A DNA stretch of 62,056 nucleotides from Gemmatimonadales bacterium (GTDB lineage Bacteria > Gemmatimonadota > Gemmatimonadetes > Gemmatimonadales > GWC2-71-9): assembly GCA_039915685.1 (NCBI GenBank), contig JBDSMU010000169.1, positions 1-62,056 on the forward strand, in the 5' to 3' direction. Below the pieces are notes generated by a model. The model searched no databases. It had not been told where the DNA came from and saw nothing but the letters and a program-made list of their open reading frames with translations. Made by a program: the position numbers and the translations under genes. Positions 30,425 to 41,692 of the stretch are shown one piece after another (positions within the stretch are counted from its first letter, which is position 1; each line of letters begins with the position of its first letter).

Positions 30425-32200
30425 ATGTCACAGACGGCATTCCGGACCCATCGCTGCGGTTCCATCACGGCCGCCGAGATCGGGCAGACAGTCCGTCTCG
30501 GCGGCTGGGTCCATCGGCGCCGCGATCTCGGCGGGATCGTCTTTCTCGATCTGCGCGACCGCGACGGCCTCCTGCAGCTCTCGTTCGACCCTGAGTGGAC
30601 ACCGCCCGACGTCCTGGCGCTGGCCGCGGGGTTGGGCGCCGAGACGGTCGTGCTAGTCGAGGGAGTGGTGACGCAACGGGTTGACCCAGCTAGAGATGCA
30701 GCGATGACCTCACGTGAAGTCGAGGTCCGGGTACGCTCGCTCAAGGTGGTCGGCCCAGCGCTGACCCCTGCCATTCCGGTGGCCCGTCGCGAGGGAGAGG
30801 AACTGGCCACCGAAGAGCTTCGGCTTCAGCACCGGATTCTCGACCTGCGCCGGCCGGAGCTTCAGGCGAACATCATCATGAGGCACGGCCTGCTCCAGCA
30901 GGCACGGCGGACGCTTGCCGAGCTGGGCTTTCTCGAGATCGAAACGCCTATCCTGACCAAGCCGACGCCGGAGGGGGCACGTGACTATCTGGTACCGAGC
31001 CGGGTTCACCCGGGCGAATGTTACGCGCTTCCCCAGTCGCCCCAGATCTACAAGCAGTTGCTGATGGTCGCCGGCTTTGACCGTTATTTTCAGGTTGCAC
31101 GGTGCTTTCGTGACGAGGACCTGCGGGCAGACCGCCAGCCCGAGTTCACCCAGATCGATCTCGAGGCGTCATTCGTATCGCAGGACGATATCCTGGCGGT
31201 GGTCGAACAGGTGCTGCACGACCTCTGGGCAGAAGTTGGCTACGCCGTGTCCGTTCCGTTCCCACGGCTGCGTCATGCCGAGGCGATGGAGCGGTTCGGC
31301 ATCGACAAGCCCGATTTGCGGTACGGCTTCGAGATCTCCGATATCACGGGCAGTGTTGGCGCCGATGCGGCCCCCTTCGTCGCGGATGCCATTGCAGCAG
31401 GTGGCAGGCTGAGGATGATTCGGGTTCTCGGCGGCGCCTCGTACAGTCGTCGGGAGATCGACGCACTGACCGATGCAGCCCGCGCGGCCGGGGCGGGTGG
31501 GCTGGCCTGGTCACGCCGCAGCGAACTCGGATGGGAGGGGCAGGGGGTCAAGGCGCTCGGCATCGCGACGCTCGACGCGATCGGTGGCAAGGTCGGCGAC
31601 CTGGTGCTCGCCGCCGTCGGTCCGGATCGCGTGACCAGCGGTGCGCTTCATGCCGTGCGAATGGTGCTCACCCGGAGACCCGATGTTATCCCCAACATCG
31701 CCCATGCGTTCTGCTGGGTGGTCGACTTCCCGCTGTTCGAGGCGGATCCGCAGTCGGGAGAATGGGTGTTCACGCACCACCCGTTCACGTCACCACACGC
31801 AGATGACATTCCCTTCGTCGAGAGCGATCCGGGCCGGTGCCGCGCCCTCCATTATGACGCGGTCTACAATGGCAACGAACTCGGGTCAGGATCGATCCGA
31901 ATCACTGACCCGAACCTGCAGTCGACCGTATTCCGTGCATTGGGTCTCGATGACGACCAGCAACGTGGCCGTTTCGGCTTTCTACTCGACGCGCTGGCTG
32001 CCGGCGCACCCCCGCACGGAGGGTTCGCGCTGGGTTTCGACCGCATCGCGATGCTGCTCGCCGGCGCGCCGTCGTTGCGTGACGTGATTGCGTTTCCGAA
32101 GACGGCCGCCGCACGGGCGTTGTTGGAAGGCGCGCCGACCGCGGTCGCGGCCGCTGATCTCGCTGTGCTCGGCCTGGCCACGACCATCGAGGCTTCATGA
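30425..32200 (+). CDS. aspS: Aspartyl-tRNA synthetase
   Basis: RTHRCG, GWVHRRRD, PEGARDYLVP, FRDEDLRADRQPEFTQ and PPHGGFALGFDR. Confidence 0.97.
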   Translation: MSQTAFRTHRCGSITAAEIGQTVRLGGWVHRRRDLGGIVFLDLRDRDGLLQLSFDPEWTPPDVLALAAGLGAETVVLVEGVVTQRVDPARDAAMTSREVEVRVRSLKVVGPALTPAIPVARREGEELATEELRLQHRILDLRRPELQANIIMRHGLLQQARRTLAELGFLEIETPILTKPTPEGARDYLVPSRVHPGECYALPQSPQIYKQLLMVAGFDRYFQVARCFRDEDLRADRQPEFTQIDLEASFVSQDDILAVVEQVLHDLWAEVGYAVSVPFPRLRHAEAMERFGIDKPDLRYGFEISDITGSVGADAAPFVADAIAAGGRLRMIRVLGGASYSRREIDALTDAARAAGAGGLAWSRRSELGWEGQGVKALGIATLDAIGGKVGDLVLAAVGPDRVTSGALHAVRMVLTRRPDVIPNIAHAFCWVVDFPLFEADPQSGEWVFTHHPFTSPHADDIPFVESDPGRCRALHYDAVYNGNELGSGSIRITDPNLQSTVFRALGLDDDQQRGRFGFLLDALAAGAPPHGGFALGFDRIAMLLAGAPSLRDVIAFPKTAAARALLEGAPTAVAAADLAVLGLATTIEAS

Positions 32201-33150
32201 CCGACGAAGTTCGACACACCATCAGCGCCGAAGGCGCCGACCCGCTCCTTCTCTCCGGCGTCAATGACGGCAACTTTACCGAGCTGCAGCGCGCGCTGGG
32301 CGTGCGCGTGTCGCAGCGCGGTGACATCATCAACGTCAGCGGCTCGCAGCAGCAGCTCGACCGGGCCACGCCGATCATCCAGGGATTCGTGGACATGGCC
32401 CGTGCCGGCCAGCCAATCGAGCCGGAAGATGTCTTCCGGATCGCGAGCGAGGGCCATACCAGCGAGCTCGCTGTCACGCGTGATGCTGGCAAGATCGTGC
32501 TGCCCGGACAACGCCGCGCCGTCGTTCCGAAGACACCTGGGCAGCGGGAGTACCTTGCGCTCATTCAGGAGCACGATGTCGTCGTGGGAATCGGGCCTGC
32601 GGGCACCGGCAAGACTTATCTAGCCGTGGCAAAAGCGGTCGAAGCCTTGGCGCGCAAACAGGTCAAGCGGATCGTTTTGGCCCGCCCTGCGGTTGAGGCC
32701 GGCGAGTCGCTCGGCTTCCTACCGGGCGACTTGCAACAGAAAGTCGATCCGTATTTGCGGCCGCTTTACGACGCGCTGGAGGATATGATGTCTCACGAGC
32801 GCGTCCAGAAAGCGCTCGAGACTCGCACCATCGAGATCGCCCCACTGGCGTACATGCGCGGACGCACGCTCGCCGACGCGTTCATCATCCTCGACGAGGC
32901 ACAGAACGCCACCGGCGCCCAGATGAAGATGTTTCTCACCCGGCTTGGCGTGAACAGCAAGGTGGTCGTGACCGGCGACAAGACGCAGGTTGACCTTCCT
33001 CGGCGTGAGGATTCAGGGCTCATCCAGATCGAGCGCGTCCTCCCCGGCATCGATGGCATTGCTTTCCACTACCTCACCGATGAAGACGTCGTGCGCCACC
33101 GGCTCGTCAAGGACATCATCCGGGCGTACGCCGTCGATCAGGCGGGATGA
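32197..33150 (+). CDS. PhoH family ATPase (YbeZ-like)
   Basis: GPAGTGKTYLA, RPAVEAGE, MRGRTL and LDEAQN. Confidence 0.96.
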   Translation: MTDEVRHTISAEGADPLLLSGVNDGNFTELQRALGVRVSQRGDIINVSGSQQQLDRATPIIQGFVDMARAGQPIEPEDVFRIASEGHTSELAVTRDAGKIVLPGQRRAVVPKTPGQREYLALIQEHDVVVGIGPAGTGKTYLAVAKAVEALARKQVKRIVLARPAVEAGESLGFLPGDLQQKVDPYLRPLYDALEDMMSHERVQKALETRTIEIAPLAYMRGRTLADAFIILDEAQNATGAQMKMFLTRLGVNSKVVVTGDKTQVDLPRREDSGLIQIERVLPGIDGIAFHYLTDEDVVRHRLVKDIIRAYAVDQAG

Positions 33151-33587
33151 TGACCGCGCGGCCTTTTGGCCAGGACACCATAGTCGTTGGCGGAGCCGCA
33201 GCGCCTGTTTCAGCCGCGCTGGTTCGAAGTGCCGTCGGGCACGTCCTGCAGTGCGAGGGCACCGCCGCGCACGTGGCTGTGACATTCCTCGGCAAGGACA
33301 CGATGCGGCGCCTCAATCACCAGCACCTGGATCACAACTGGCCCACTGACGTGATCTCGTTCGCGCTGCCGCAGCCCGATGGCGGTGTGGCGGGTGACAT
33401 CTACATTTGCCGATATGTGGCGGCGCGCGAAGCGCGGCGGCGGGGCATCGCCGTCAGGGAGGAACTGGTGCGACTCGTGGTGCACGGCACACTGCACGTA
33501 ATCGGTCATGAACACGATGAGGGCGAAGCGCGCACTCGATCCCGAATGTGGTCGTTGCAGGAGCGGTACGTGCGGGCGCTCGGATGA
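33147..33587 (+). CDS. ybeY: rRNA maturation endoribonuclease YbeY
   Basis: PTDVISF, GDIYI and HGTLHVIGHEH. Confidence 0.95.
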   Translation: MMTARPFGQDTIVVGGAAAPVSAALVRSAVGHVLQCEGTAAHVAVTFLGKDTMRRLNHQHLDHNWPTDVISFALPQPDGGVAGDIYICRYVAAREARRRGIAVREELVRLVVHGTLHVIGHEHDEGEARTRSRMWSLQERYVRALG

Positions 33588-34780
33588 GTGCACTGGTGAT
33601 GGGGGCATTGCCGGCGCTCACCGGGCTGGTGATGATGTGGGCCGCGCTCGTGGCTCTTGCGGGTCAGGGCGACGGCGAGCTCGGCGCGCGTGCGCTCGCC
33701 CGCGACCCCGCGAGGTCGCGACTGTCTCCCGAGCGCACCCTGCACGTGATGCACCTCGCGTCGCTGACCATCGCGGCTGGGCTAGCCTCCACCCTGACAG
33801 GGTGGTGGGCCTTCCCGCCGGCGCTCGGTGCGCTGCGAGTAGTGCTGGTATCGGTTCTGGTGTGGGCGGTGGGAGATCTTGTGCCCCGCCTGCTCGGGGT
33901 GCTGGCCCCAGAACTGGTGCCGTATGCGCGACGTGTGGCGTTGGCGTCGGCGCCGGCGTTTGGCCCCCTCCTCTGGATCGCGGAGCGGCTCGACGGCGCG
34001 GCAGCCGATCCGCCCCAAGCTGCATCCCGCGGCGGTGCGCCGTCACCACAGGACATGGCGCTCGGCGTCTTCTCGCTGGCATCGATGAACGTTTCGGAAG
34101 TGATGACGCCCCGCATCGACATTGTGTCGGTCGACGTCAGCGAGGACGAGGCTGCAGTGACAAGCACTCTGCGGCGGAGCGAGCATGCCCGATTGCTGGT
34201 GTTCGACGAGCACGCTGACGAAGTCGTCGGCGTGTTGTACGCCAAGGACATTCTTCCGCGCCTTCGAGGCGGCAGCGAAACGCAGGAATCGTGGCAGGCG
34301 CTCATCCGCCCACCCGCATTCGTTCCGGAAGCAAAGCGGCTGGACCGCCAGTTGCGCGATTTCCAGCGCGGTCCGGGTCACATTGCGGTGGTGGTGGATG
34401 AGTTCGGCGGGACAGCGGGCTTGGTAACGCTTGAAGATATCCTCGAACAGATCGTCGGTGAGATCCAGGACGAGCACGACGTTGATGAGGTGCAGCCCGT
34501 ATACCGGCACGATGACGGTCACCTGACGGTGCAGGGCGGCGTTGCGCTTGCCGACCTCGAGGCCGAACTGAATCATGATTTTGAGCGCGAGGACGTGGAC
34601 ACCGTGGGCGGGTTGGTACTGGCCGCGCTCGGGCGCGTGCCGCGAACAGGGGAGGAGTTCGAACTCGATGGATGGCGGGTGGTCGTCGAACTCGTGATCC
34701 GCAGGCGTGTCCGGCGCGTTTCACTCCGGCGACCTGATCCGGTAGGTGTCGCCGTGTCACCGCGGCTGGGCAAAGTATGA
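33584..34780 (+). CDS. CNNM/CorB-like protein (degenerate TM region, CBS pair, CorC domain)
   Basis: EVMTPRIDI, VVDEFGGTAGLVTLEDILEQIVGEIQDE and DTVGGLV. Confidence 0.9.
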   Translation: MSALVMGALPALTGLVMMWAALVALAGQGDGELGARALARDPARSRLSPERTLHVMHLASLTIAAGLASTLTGWWAFPPALGALRVVLVSVLVWAVGDLVPRLLGVLAPELVPYARRVALASAPAFGPLLWIAERLDGAAADPPQAASRGGAPSPQDMALGVFSLASMNVSEVMTPRIDIVSVDVSEDEAAVTSTLRRSEHARLLVFDEHADEVVGVLYAKDILPRLRGGSETQESWQALIRPPAFVPEAKRLDRQLRDFQRGPGHIAVVVDEFGGTAGLVTLEDILEQIVGEIQDEHDVDEVQPVYRHDDGHLTVQGGVALADLEAELNHDFEREDVDTVGGLVLAALGRVPRTGEEFELDGWRVVVELVIRRRVRRVSLRRPDPVGVAVSPRLGKV

Positions 34781-35967
34781 CCTGGCTACTCCTGCTGATC
34801 GCCATGACGATCTCGGTGTTGGGGGCGGTCGCCTCGGTCGCGGTGGTGACTACCGCCCGCGCGCAGGTGGCGGAGGCGATTTCCCGGCGTCTCCGCGGCA
34901 GCGATGATTCGTTCCTCTGGCTCGCAGTGACCCAGCGTCAGGTTGCGTCGGCGACTGCCGCCATCTCCCTCGGCGTGGCACTGATCGGTGCCATCGTGCC
35001 GGGAATGTTCTCCGGCTTCTCCGTCCTGCAGCTTGCCGCATTCCTGTTGGTCATCGTCGTTCCCGTCACCCTCGTCGGCGCGTACCTGCTGCCGCGATCC
35101 CTCACCGTTCCACGCGCGGCGCGCGCGGCCGCCGCCCTCCGCCCGCTACTGCAGGCATGGACGGGGGCGATCGGCTTGGTGCTCCCGGCTCGGAGCGGCG
35201 ACGCCGCGAGCGACCTCCGAGACCTGGCCCGCGAAGGATTCGCGAACGGCATGTCGGATGGCGACGAGTTGGTGATGGTCGGCGGCGTGATGACGTTCGC
35301 CGAGCGACCGGTGCGTGCCGTGATGACTCCACGGACCGACGTCATCGCCGTGGCGCACGACGCCTCGTATCACACGGTATTCGAGGTGTTCGCCGAGAGC
35401 GGCTACACCCGCCTGCCCATGTATCGCGACACCCTCGATGACATTGTGGGCATGGTCCACGCCTTCGATCTCTTCAAACTTCGCCCGGAAGACGCCGTCC
35501 CGGTCCGTGCGGTGGCGTTTGCCCCCGAGTCTCGGCTCGCCGGCGACCTGTTGATCGACATGCAACGTGAGCGGCGGCACTTCGCCGTGGTGCTCGACGA
35601 GTTTGGCGGAACGGCGGGGGTCGTGACGCTGGAAGACCTCCTCGAGGCGCTCGTTGGAGAGATCTCTGACGAAGACGACCCGTCGTTCCCCGCGCCGGTT
35701 ACGGCAGGCGCACCGCTCGAACTCGAGGGCACGACTACGCCCACGGAGGTGGCCGAACATTTCGGCGTGTCATTGCCGCGCAGCGATACCGCCAGTTTTG
35801 CGGGCCTGGTCGCCGAGCTTGCCGGGCGCATTCCGGCGACGGGCGAGCGTTTCGCCATGCGCGGTCTTGACATCGATATCCTCCAGGCGAGTCCGACGCG
35901 GATCGACCGCCTCCTGGTGCGCCGCGGCGGTGCCACGCCGACGACGCTCGACAGGGGCAACCCGTGA
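34777..35967 (+). CDS. Second CNNM/CorB-like CBS-CorC protein
   Basis: VMTPRTDV, SGYTRLP and VLDEFGGTAGVVTLEDLLEALVGEISDE. Confidence 0.9.
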   Translation: MTWLLLLIAMTISVLGAVASVAVVTTARAQVAEAISRRLRGSDDSFLWLAVTQRQVASATAAISLGVALIGAIVPGMFSGFSVLQLAAFLLVIVVPVTLVGAYLLPRSLTVPRAARAAAALRPLLQAWTGAIGLVLPARSGDAASDLRDLAREGFANGMSDGDELVMVGGVMTFAERPVRAVMTPRTDVIAVAHDASYHTVFEVFAESGYTRLPMYRDTLDDIVGMVHAFDLFKLRPEDAVPVRAVAFAPESRLAGDLLIDMQRERRHFAVVLDEFGGTAGVVTLEDLLEALVGEISDEDDPSFPAPVTAGAPLELEGTTTPTEVAEHFGVSLPRSDTASFAGLVAELAGRIPATGERFAMRGLDIDILQASPTRIDRLLVRRGGATPTTLDRGNP

Positions 35968-37304
35968 CGCAGCCAATCGGAACACGCGTCGAGGAGCTGG
36001 TGTCCCTGGTCCGCGAGGGCAGGATCGACACCTTTATCGAACGCGCGTGGCTCCTCGAGCCGGCTGACCTCGCCGACGTCCTTTCCGAGCTGGACGACGA
36101 CGAGCGCCTCGCGCTCGTCCGAGTGCTCCCGGTCGAGATCTCGTCGCAGGCTCTTGTCGAGATGGCGTATGAGGAGCATGCCGAGGAAATCGTGGCGGCG
36201 CTCGACCGGGAACAGGCCGCCGGGATCGTCGACGAGCTCGAGGATGACGACGCCGCCGACCTACTGGGTGAGCTCAATCGCGACGACCAGGAGCGGATCC
36301 TCTCGGCCGTCGGAAATCGTCGCGATGTCGACCGTCTCCTCGGGTACCACGAGGAGACGGCCGGAGGACTCATGACCCTCCAGGTGGTCACCGTCACCGA
36401 TCACGACACTGTTGGTCTCGCGCTCGAGGCGGTGCGCCGCCAAGCCGAAGATATCGATGATGTCACCGAGATCTTTGTTGTCGACACCGCTCGGCGCCTC
36501 GCTGGCGTCCTGACCTTCAAGCAACTGGTGCTGGCGAACACGGGGCGGCAGGTACGCGAGGTGATGGAAGATGTCGTGGCGCAGGTCTTTCCCGACGTCG
36601 ACCAGGAGGAGGTCGCGCGATTGATGGCGCGCTACAACCTGCCCAGCATTCCGGTCGTCGATGCCACCAATCGCTTGCTGGGTCGGGTCACGTACGACGA
36701 CGTGGTCGATGTCACGGAGGCAGAGGCCACCGAGGACCTGCTTCGCTTCGGCGGGGTGTCGCCGGACGAGGCGCTGGGTGGCAGCTGGGGTGACGCGGTG
36801 CGAAGTCGCCTTCCGTGGCTTTACGTCAACCTGCTCACGGCGTTCCTGGCCGCAGCGGTGGTGTATTTCTTCGAGCGCTCCATCGCGGCGATCCCGACAC
36901 TCGCGGTCTGGATGCCGATCATCGCCGGCATGGGGGGAAACACCGGCACCCAGGCACTCGCGGTATCAGTGCGCCGGATATCGCTCGGCATGGTTCCCGT
37001 TTCGCGTATGTGGTCCGTCATCTCGAAGGAGATCCTGGTCGGGGCCTTCAATGGTCTCGCGATCGGCGTCGTCATCGGCGTCCTGGCGGTCCTGCTCGGC
37101 GAGCCTTGGCGCTTCGGGTTGGTGGTGTTCCTCGCGATGACCGGGAATCTTGTTGTGGCGGGCTTCGCCGGATCCTTCATCCCGGTGTTTCTCGAGCGCC
37201 TGGGCGTCGATCCCGCCGTGGCCTCGTCGATCTTTGTGACGACATTTACCGACGTCTGCGGCTTCCTGCTGCTGCTTGGCCTCGGCACGATGGTGCTGCT
37301 GTGA
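35964..37304 (+). CDS. mgtE: Magnesium transporter MgtE
   Basis: Acidic N-domain, TAGGLM CBS pair, RLPWL, GMGGNTGTQ and DPAVAS..VTTFTDV. Confidence 0.96.
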   Translation: MTQPIGTRVEELVSLVREGRIDTFIERAWLLEPADLADVLSELDDDERLALVRVLPVEISSQALVEMAYEEHAEEIVAALDREQAAGIVDELEDDDAADLLGELNRDDQERILSAVGNRRDVDRLLGYHEETAGGLMTLQVVTVTDHDTVGLALEAVRRQAEDIDDVTEIFVVDTARRLAGVLTFKQLVLANTGRQVREVMEDVVAQVFPDVDQEEVARLMARYNLPSIPVVDATNRLLGRVTYDDVVDVTEAEATEDLLRFGGVSPDEALGGSWGDAVRSRLPWLYVNLLTAFLAAAVVYFFERSIAAIPTLAVWMPIIAGMGGNTGTQALAVSVRRISLGMVPVSRMWSVISKEILVGAFNGLAIGVVIGVLAVLLGEPWRFGLVVFLAMTGNLVVAGFAGSFIPVFLERLGVDPAVASSIFVTTFTDVCGFLLLLGLGTMVLL

Positions 37305-37352
37305 AGCGCCCCGCTGCCTTGCCCCGCACCCGCGAACGGTGAAGGTTCCGCC

Positions 37353-38387
37353 ATGACGCATGACGGACTGATCGTCGGGCTGCTCGCGGGTCAGGTGGCC
37401 GCCATGGCTCGCGCGGTGTCGGTAGTGGAGAACGGTCGGCCAGGCTTCGAGCGGCTGCTCACCGCGATCCATCCCAAGGTGGGACGAGCGCGTCGCATTG
37501 GGATCACCGGCCCGCCGGGGGCAGGGAAATCGACCCTCACGGAACGCCTCGTGGCGACCTACCGCGCCCAGGGGTTGCGGGTCGCGGTGGTCGCCGTCGA
37601 TCCCACCTCGCCGTTTACCGGCGGGGCGCTGCTCGGCGACCGAATCAGGATGGAGTCCATCGCGCTCGACCCGGGCGTGTTTATCCGTTCGATGGCCACC
37701 CGTGGCTCCCTCGGTGGACTGGCCACCACGACTCGCGAGGTATGCGACGTGTTGGACGCCGCCGGCTTCGATCGCATCCTGGTGGAGACGGTGGGTGTCG
37801 GCCAATCCGAACTGGACGTTGCCCGGATGGCGGACACCACGGTGCTGGCGCTGGTGCCCGAGTCCGGCGACGGAATTCAGGCGCTCAAGTCAGGCGTGAT
37901 GGAGGCGGCTGATGTGTTCGTGGTGAACAAATCCGACCGGCCGGGTGCCGACAAGATTCGGCGCGAAGTGGAACTGGCCCTCGACCTGCGTGCCGGAAAG
38001 GCGTTCCGGAACATGCCGGCACATCACGGCGCGCTGAAGGGCGCTCCGCGCGAGCAGCAAGCGGCGACGGACGATTCGGAATGGCGTTCCCCGGTGCTGC
38101 TCACCGTGGCGTCAGCGGGAACGGGCATCGACGAGCTGGCCTCGGCCATAGAACGGCACTGGGCATGGATGGCGACCGGCGGCGAGCTGCAACGTCGTCG
38201 CCTGGCACGCCTCGCCGAGCGAACCCGCGAGGTGGTCGACCGCGCGACCCGCCGATGGGTGTGGCAGGAGTCTCGCGCGGACCAGCTCATTGATGCGCGG
38301 GTCGCGGACGTCGCGAGTGGTTCGTTGAGTCCGTACGACCTGGCTACAGAAATTGTCGGGTTGCTCAAGGAAGGAGCGCAGGTATGA
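37353..38387 (+). CDS. meaB: MeaB/MMAA GTPase, chaperone of B12-dependent mutases
   Basis: [39 protein letters not shown] and NKSD. Confidence 0.96.
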   Translation: MTHDGLIVGLLAGQVAAMARAVSVVENGRPGFERLLTAIHPKVGRARRIGITGPPGAGKSTLTERLVATYRAQGLRVAVVAVDPTSPFTGGALLGDRIRMESIALDPGVFIRSMATRGSLGGLATTTREVCDVLDAAGFDRILVETVGVGQSELDVARMADTTVLALVPESGDGIQALKSGVMEAADVFVVNKSDRPGADKIRREVELALDLRAGKAFRNMPAHHGALKGAPREQQAATDDSEWRSPVLLTVASAGTGIDELASAIERHWAWMATGGELQRRRLARLAERTREVVDRATRRWVWQESRADQLIDARVADVASGSLSPYDLATEIVGLLKEGAQV

Positions 38388-40060
38388 CCGTACAGATGCC
38401 GGACAATACCACGGACCAGGCCATCGAGATTCTGCGCCTACGCGCCGAGCTCGAGGCGTGGAAGGCGGCGGCGATGGCGACACGCCAGCGCGCGGCCGAG
38501 TTTTCAACGATCTCGGGGCTGCCCATCGAGCCGGTCTATACCGCACTCGACGTCGGTGCACCCGAGCCGCTTCCCGCCGACTACCCGTATACCCGCGGGA
38601 TTCACCCGACGATGTACCGAGGCCGCCTGTGGACGATGCGCCAGTTTGCTGGCTTTGGCACGGCTGAGGACACGAACACCCGGTACAAGTTCCTGCTCGA
38701 GCGCGGGCAGACCGGCCTCTCGGTGGCCTTCGACTTCCCGACCCTGATGGGATATGACTCCGACCACCCGCGCTCAGAGGGCGAGGTGGGGAAGTGCGGC
38801 GTGGCGATCTCGTCGCTCGCTGACATGGAGACCCTCTTCGACGGCATTCCGCTCGACAAGGTGTCGGTCTCGATGACGATCAATGGGCCAGCCGCCATCC
38901 TCTTCTGTTTCTTCGTCGCCGCGGCGGAACGGCAGGGTGTGGACATCGCGGCGCTACAGGGGACGATCCAGAACGATATCCTCAAGGAGTTCGTGGCGCA
39001 GCACGCGTGGATCTACCCAGTCGAGCCGTCGCTCAAGATCATTGTCGACCTGTTCGAGTGGACCAGCACCCACACGCCGAACTGGAACTCCATCTCGATC
39101 TCGGGCTACCACATCAGGGAGGCGGGGTCGACCGCGGCGCAAGAACTTGCGTTCACCCTCGCCAACGGCTTCACGTACGTGGAGCGAGGCATCGCCCGCG
39201 GACTTGATGTCGATCACTTCGCGCCGCGTCTTTCGTTCTTCTGGGATGTCCACAACGACTTCTTCGAGGAGATCGCGAAGATGCGGGCGGCGCGGCGTAT
39301 CTGGGCGCGACACCTGCGTGAGCGTTACGGTGCCACTGATGATCGATCGCTGAAGATGCGATTCCACTGCCAGACCGCGGGCGTGTCGCTGACCGCCCAG
39401 CAGCCGCTCAACAACGTGGCGCGGGTGGCGTACCAGGCAATGGCAGCGGTCCTCGGTGGCACGCAGTCGCTGCACACCAATGCGTTCGACGAGACACTCG
39501 CGCTGCCCACAGAGCACTCGGTCCGAGTGGCACTCCGTACCCAGCAAATCCTCGCCTACGAGACCGGCGTGGCCAATTCGGCCGATCCCCTTGGCGGCTC
39601 CTACCTGGTTGAGGCCCTGACCGACAGGCTGGAAGAGGAGGCCGAGGCGATCTTTGCGGAGGTGGACGCGATCGGCGGGACCGTTGCCGCAATCGAGGCC
39701 GGCTGGTTCCAGCGGGAGATCGCGCAGTCAGCCGCGCGATTCCAGGCCGAAGTGGAGGCTGGCGGAAAGGTGGTCGTCGGCCTGAATGCCTTCGTCGAAG
39801 ATGACGAACAGCCAATTGACATCCTTCGCATCGATGAATCGGCGGAGGTTGAGCAGCGCCGCCGAATGGTCGCGATGCGAGCCACCCGCGATGAGTTGCT
39901 CGTCGCCTCGCGCTTGACGGTTCTTGAGGAAGCGGCGCGCGAAGATCGCAACATCATTCCCGCGATGCTTGATTGCGCACGAGCATATTGCACCCTCTAC
40001 GAGATCCGGCATGTCCTCGAGCAGGTCTGGGGCGCATACCGCGAACCCGTGTTCTTCTAG
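38384..40060 (+). CDS. Acyl-CoA mutase large (substrate-binding) subunit, isobutyryl-CoA mutase (IcmA)-type residues
   Basis: [36 protein letters not shown] and QSLHTN. No fused B12 domain. Confidence 0.9.
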   Translation: MTVQMPDNTTDQAIEILRLRAELEAWKAAAMATRQRAAEFSTISGLPIEPVYTALDVGAPEPLPADYPYTRGIHPTMYRGRLWTMRQFAGFGTAEDTNTRYKFLLERGQTGLSVAFDFPTLMGYDSDHPRSEGEVGKCGVAISSLADMETLFDGIPLDKVSVSMTINGPAAILFCFFVAAAERQGVDIAALQGTIQNDILKEFVAQHAWIYPVEPSLKIIVDLFEWTSTHTPNWNSISISGYHIREAGSTAAQELAFTLANGFTYVERGIARGLDVDHFAPRLSFFWDVHNDFFEEIAKMRAARRIWARHLRERYGATDDRSLKMRFHCQTAGVSLTAQQPLNNVARVAYQAMAAVLGGTQSLHTNAFDETLALPTEHSVRVALRTQQILAYETGVANSADPLGGSYLVEALTDRLEEEAEAIFAEVDAIGGTVAAIEAGWFQREIAQSAARFQAEVEAGGKVVVGLNAFVEDDEQPIDILRIDESAEVEQRRRMVAMRATRDELLVASRLTVLEEAAREDRNIIPAMLDCARAYCTLYEIRHVLEQVWGAYREPVFF

Positions 40061-40079
40061 CAGAAGGAGCACCTTTCAG

Positions 40080-41243
40080 ATGGCAACACGCACCGCGAAG
40101 GCACCGACAACGACAACGGGCACTGACCTGCTCCGCATGAAGCCGGGGAAGCACCCGGTTGTCACCTGCTACCTCAAGATCGAGCCGCGCGACCGCGCCC
40201 GGAAGAAGTACCTGGTGAAGCTGCGCAATCGGGTTCGCGACCTGGAACTCGCACTCGACACGATGGGCTGGGACAAGTCACAGCAGGACGACATTCGCGC
40301 CGACCTGGCCCGTGTGATCGACCATGTGGCCGACGAAGCCACGCTGCCAAGCAGCCAGGGTATTGCGATCTTCGCCAGTCGCGGCAACAACTTGTTCGAG
40401 GTCAAGCACCTGCCGCTGGTACACCGTTCTCGACTCGTCGTGGACCGCACCCCGTTGGTTCGGGAGCTGGCCTCGAACGAAGAGGAATTTGGAAAGATGT
40501 TCACGATCACCAGTGATCGCGCGTCGGCGCTGATCTGGGAAGTGACCGCGTTTGACGCCAAGGTCGTGCGCAAGATTGAGAGCGAAGTCACCCGCGGCGG
40601 TCGGTACCACTCCGACGGTGGCGGCGATGCGAACGCTGAGCATGCGTTCCACAACAGGATCCAGAACGAGAAGCGCCGCCACCTTGAGGCCGTTGCGCGT
40701 GCGCTGTTCGAGCTGGAGCGCAGCGAACCGGGACATCAGATCGTGTTGGCAGGCGTGGGTGCCGACGCTGGCGCGCTTGAGCCCTTCCTCCACAACTACG
40801 TGGCCGACCGCCTGATCGGGGTTGCCCGCTTGGCACCGCGTGACGCCACGCCGGCGGCGGTGCACGCCCTGTCCATGGAGGTTCGCGAAGCCCATGCCCG
40901 AGCTTCCGAAGCAGGACACGTCGAGGAGCTCGCCGAGGGACTCGGCACCGGGTGGGCGGTCAACGGGGTCAAGGAAACGCTTCGCGCCCTTTCAAAGGGG
41001 CAGATTCGCACGCTGCTGGTCCGGCATGACGCGGCTGTGCCGGGTTTTCGGTCGATGGCATCCGGACGGTTGGCCATCGCGGCGCGCGAGCTGCGCGAGG
41101 ATGGGGCGGTGATCCCGACGCTTGACGTAATCGACGATGCGATCGAAGAGGCACTGCGGCAGCGCGTGGCCCTCGATGTGGTATACGATGCGGCGTCGGC
41201 CGACGCCATCGACGGAATCGCCGGGCTACTCCGGTTCAAGTGA
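40080..41243 (+). CDS. Bacterial archaeo-eukaryotic release factor-like protein (baeRF / aeRF1 fold)
   Basis: VVTCYL...GIAIFA N-domain, DRASA RNase-H-like M domain, and [22 protein letters not shown]...[10 protein letters not shown] eRF1 domain 3. No GGQ seen. Confidence 0.8.
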   Translation: MATRTAKAPTTTTGTDLLRMKPGKHPVVTCYLKIEPRDRARKKYLVKLRNRVRDLELALDTMGWDKSQQDDIRADLARVIDHVADEATLPSSQGIAIFASRGNNLFEVKHLPLVHRSRLVVDRTPLVRELASNEEEFGKMFTITSDRASALIWEVTAFDAKVVRKIESEVTRGGRYHSDGGGDANAEHAFHNRIQNEKRRHLEAVARALFELERSEPGHQIVLAGVGADAGALEPFLHNYVADRLIGVARLAPRDATPAAVHALSMEVREAHARASEAGHVEELAEGLGTGWAVNGVKETLRALSKGQIRTLLVRHDAAVPGFRSMASGRLAIAARELREDGAVIPTLDVIDDAIEEALRQRVALDVVYDAASADAIDGIAGLLRFK

Positions 41244-41250
41244 GGAGCGC

Positions 41251-41688
41251 ATGATGATGGCCACGCTCGATTCTCCGCCGCTGCCGCGCCCGGTGCGCGT
41301 GCTGGTGGCGAAGCCGGGACTCGACGGGCACGATCGGGGTGCCAAGGTTGTCGCCGCCGCCCTCCGCGACGCCGGCATGGAGGTGATCTACACCGGCCTC
41401 CATCAAACGCCAGAGATGATCGCAATGGCTGCTGTGCAAGAGGATGTGGACGTGGTCGGACTCTCAATTCTATCCGGCGCCCACATGACCCTCTTCCCGC
41501 GGGTACGCGCACTGCTTGTGAAGATGGACCGACCTGACATTCTCCTCACTGGCGGCGGCATCATCCCGGCGGAGGATATCGAGTCGCTGATGACGCTCGG
41601 CGTGGGCAGACTGTTCGGGCCCGGCACGCCGACCGCCGACCTCATCGCATATATCAACGATTGGGCGCGCACCAATCTTGGCGCGTGA
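41251..41688 (+). CDS. Cobalamin-binding small subunit of acyl-CoA mutase (IcmB/McmB type)
   Basis: [13 protein letters not shown] (DxHxxG), SILSGAH, GGIIP and FGPGT. Confidence 0.95.
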   Translation: MMMATLDSPPLPRPVRVLVAKPGLDGHDRGAKVVAAALRDAGMEVIYTGLHQTPEMIAMAAVQEDVDVVGLSILSGAHMTLFPRVRALLVKMDRPDILLTGGGIIPAEDIESLMTLGVGRLFGPGTPTADLIAYINDWARTNLGA

Positions 41689-41692
41689 CAAC

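Noticed and set aside
38384-40060. Annotation as ordinary methylmalonyl-CoA mutase
   Set aside because: The Tyr/Arg carboxylate-binding pair is replaced by Phe/Gln.
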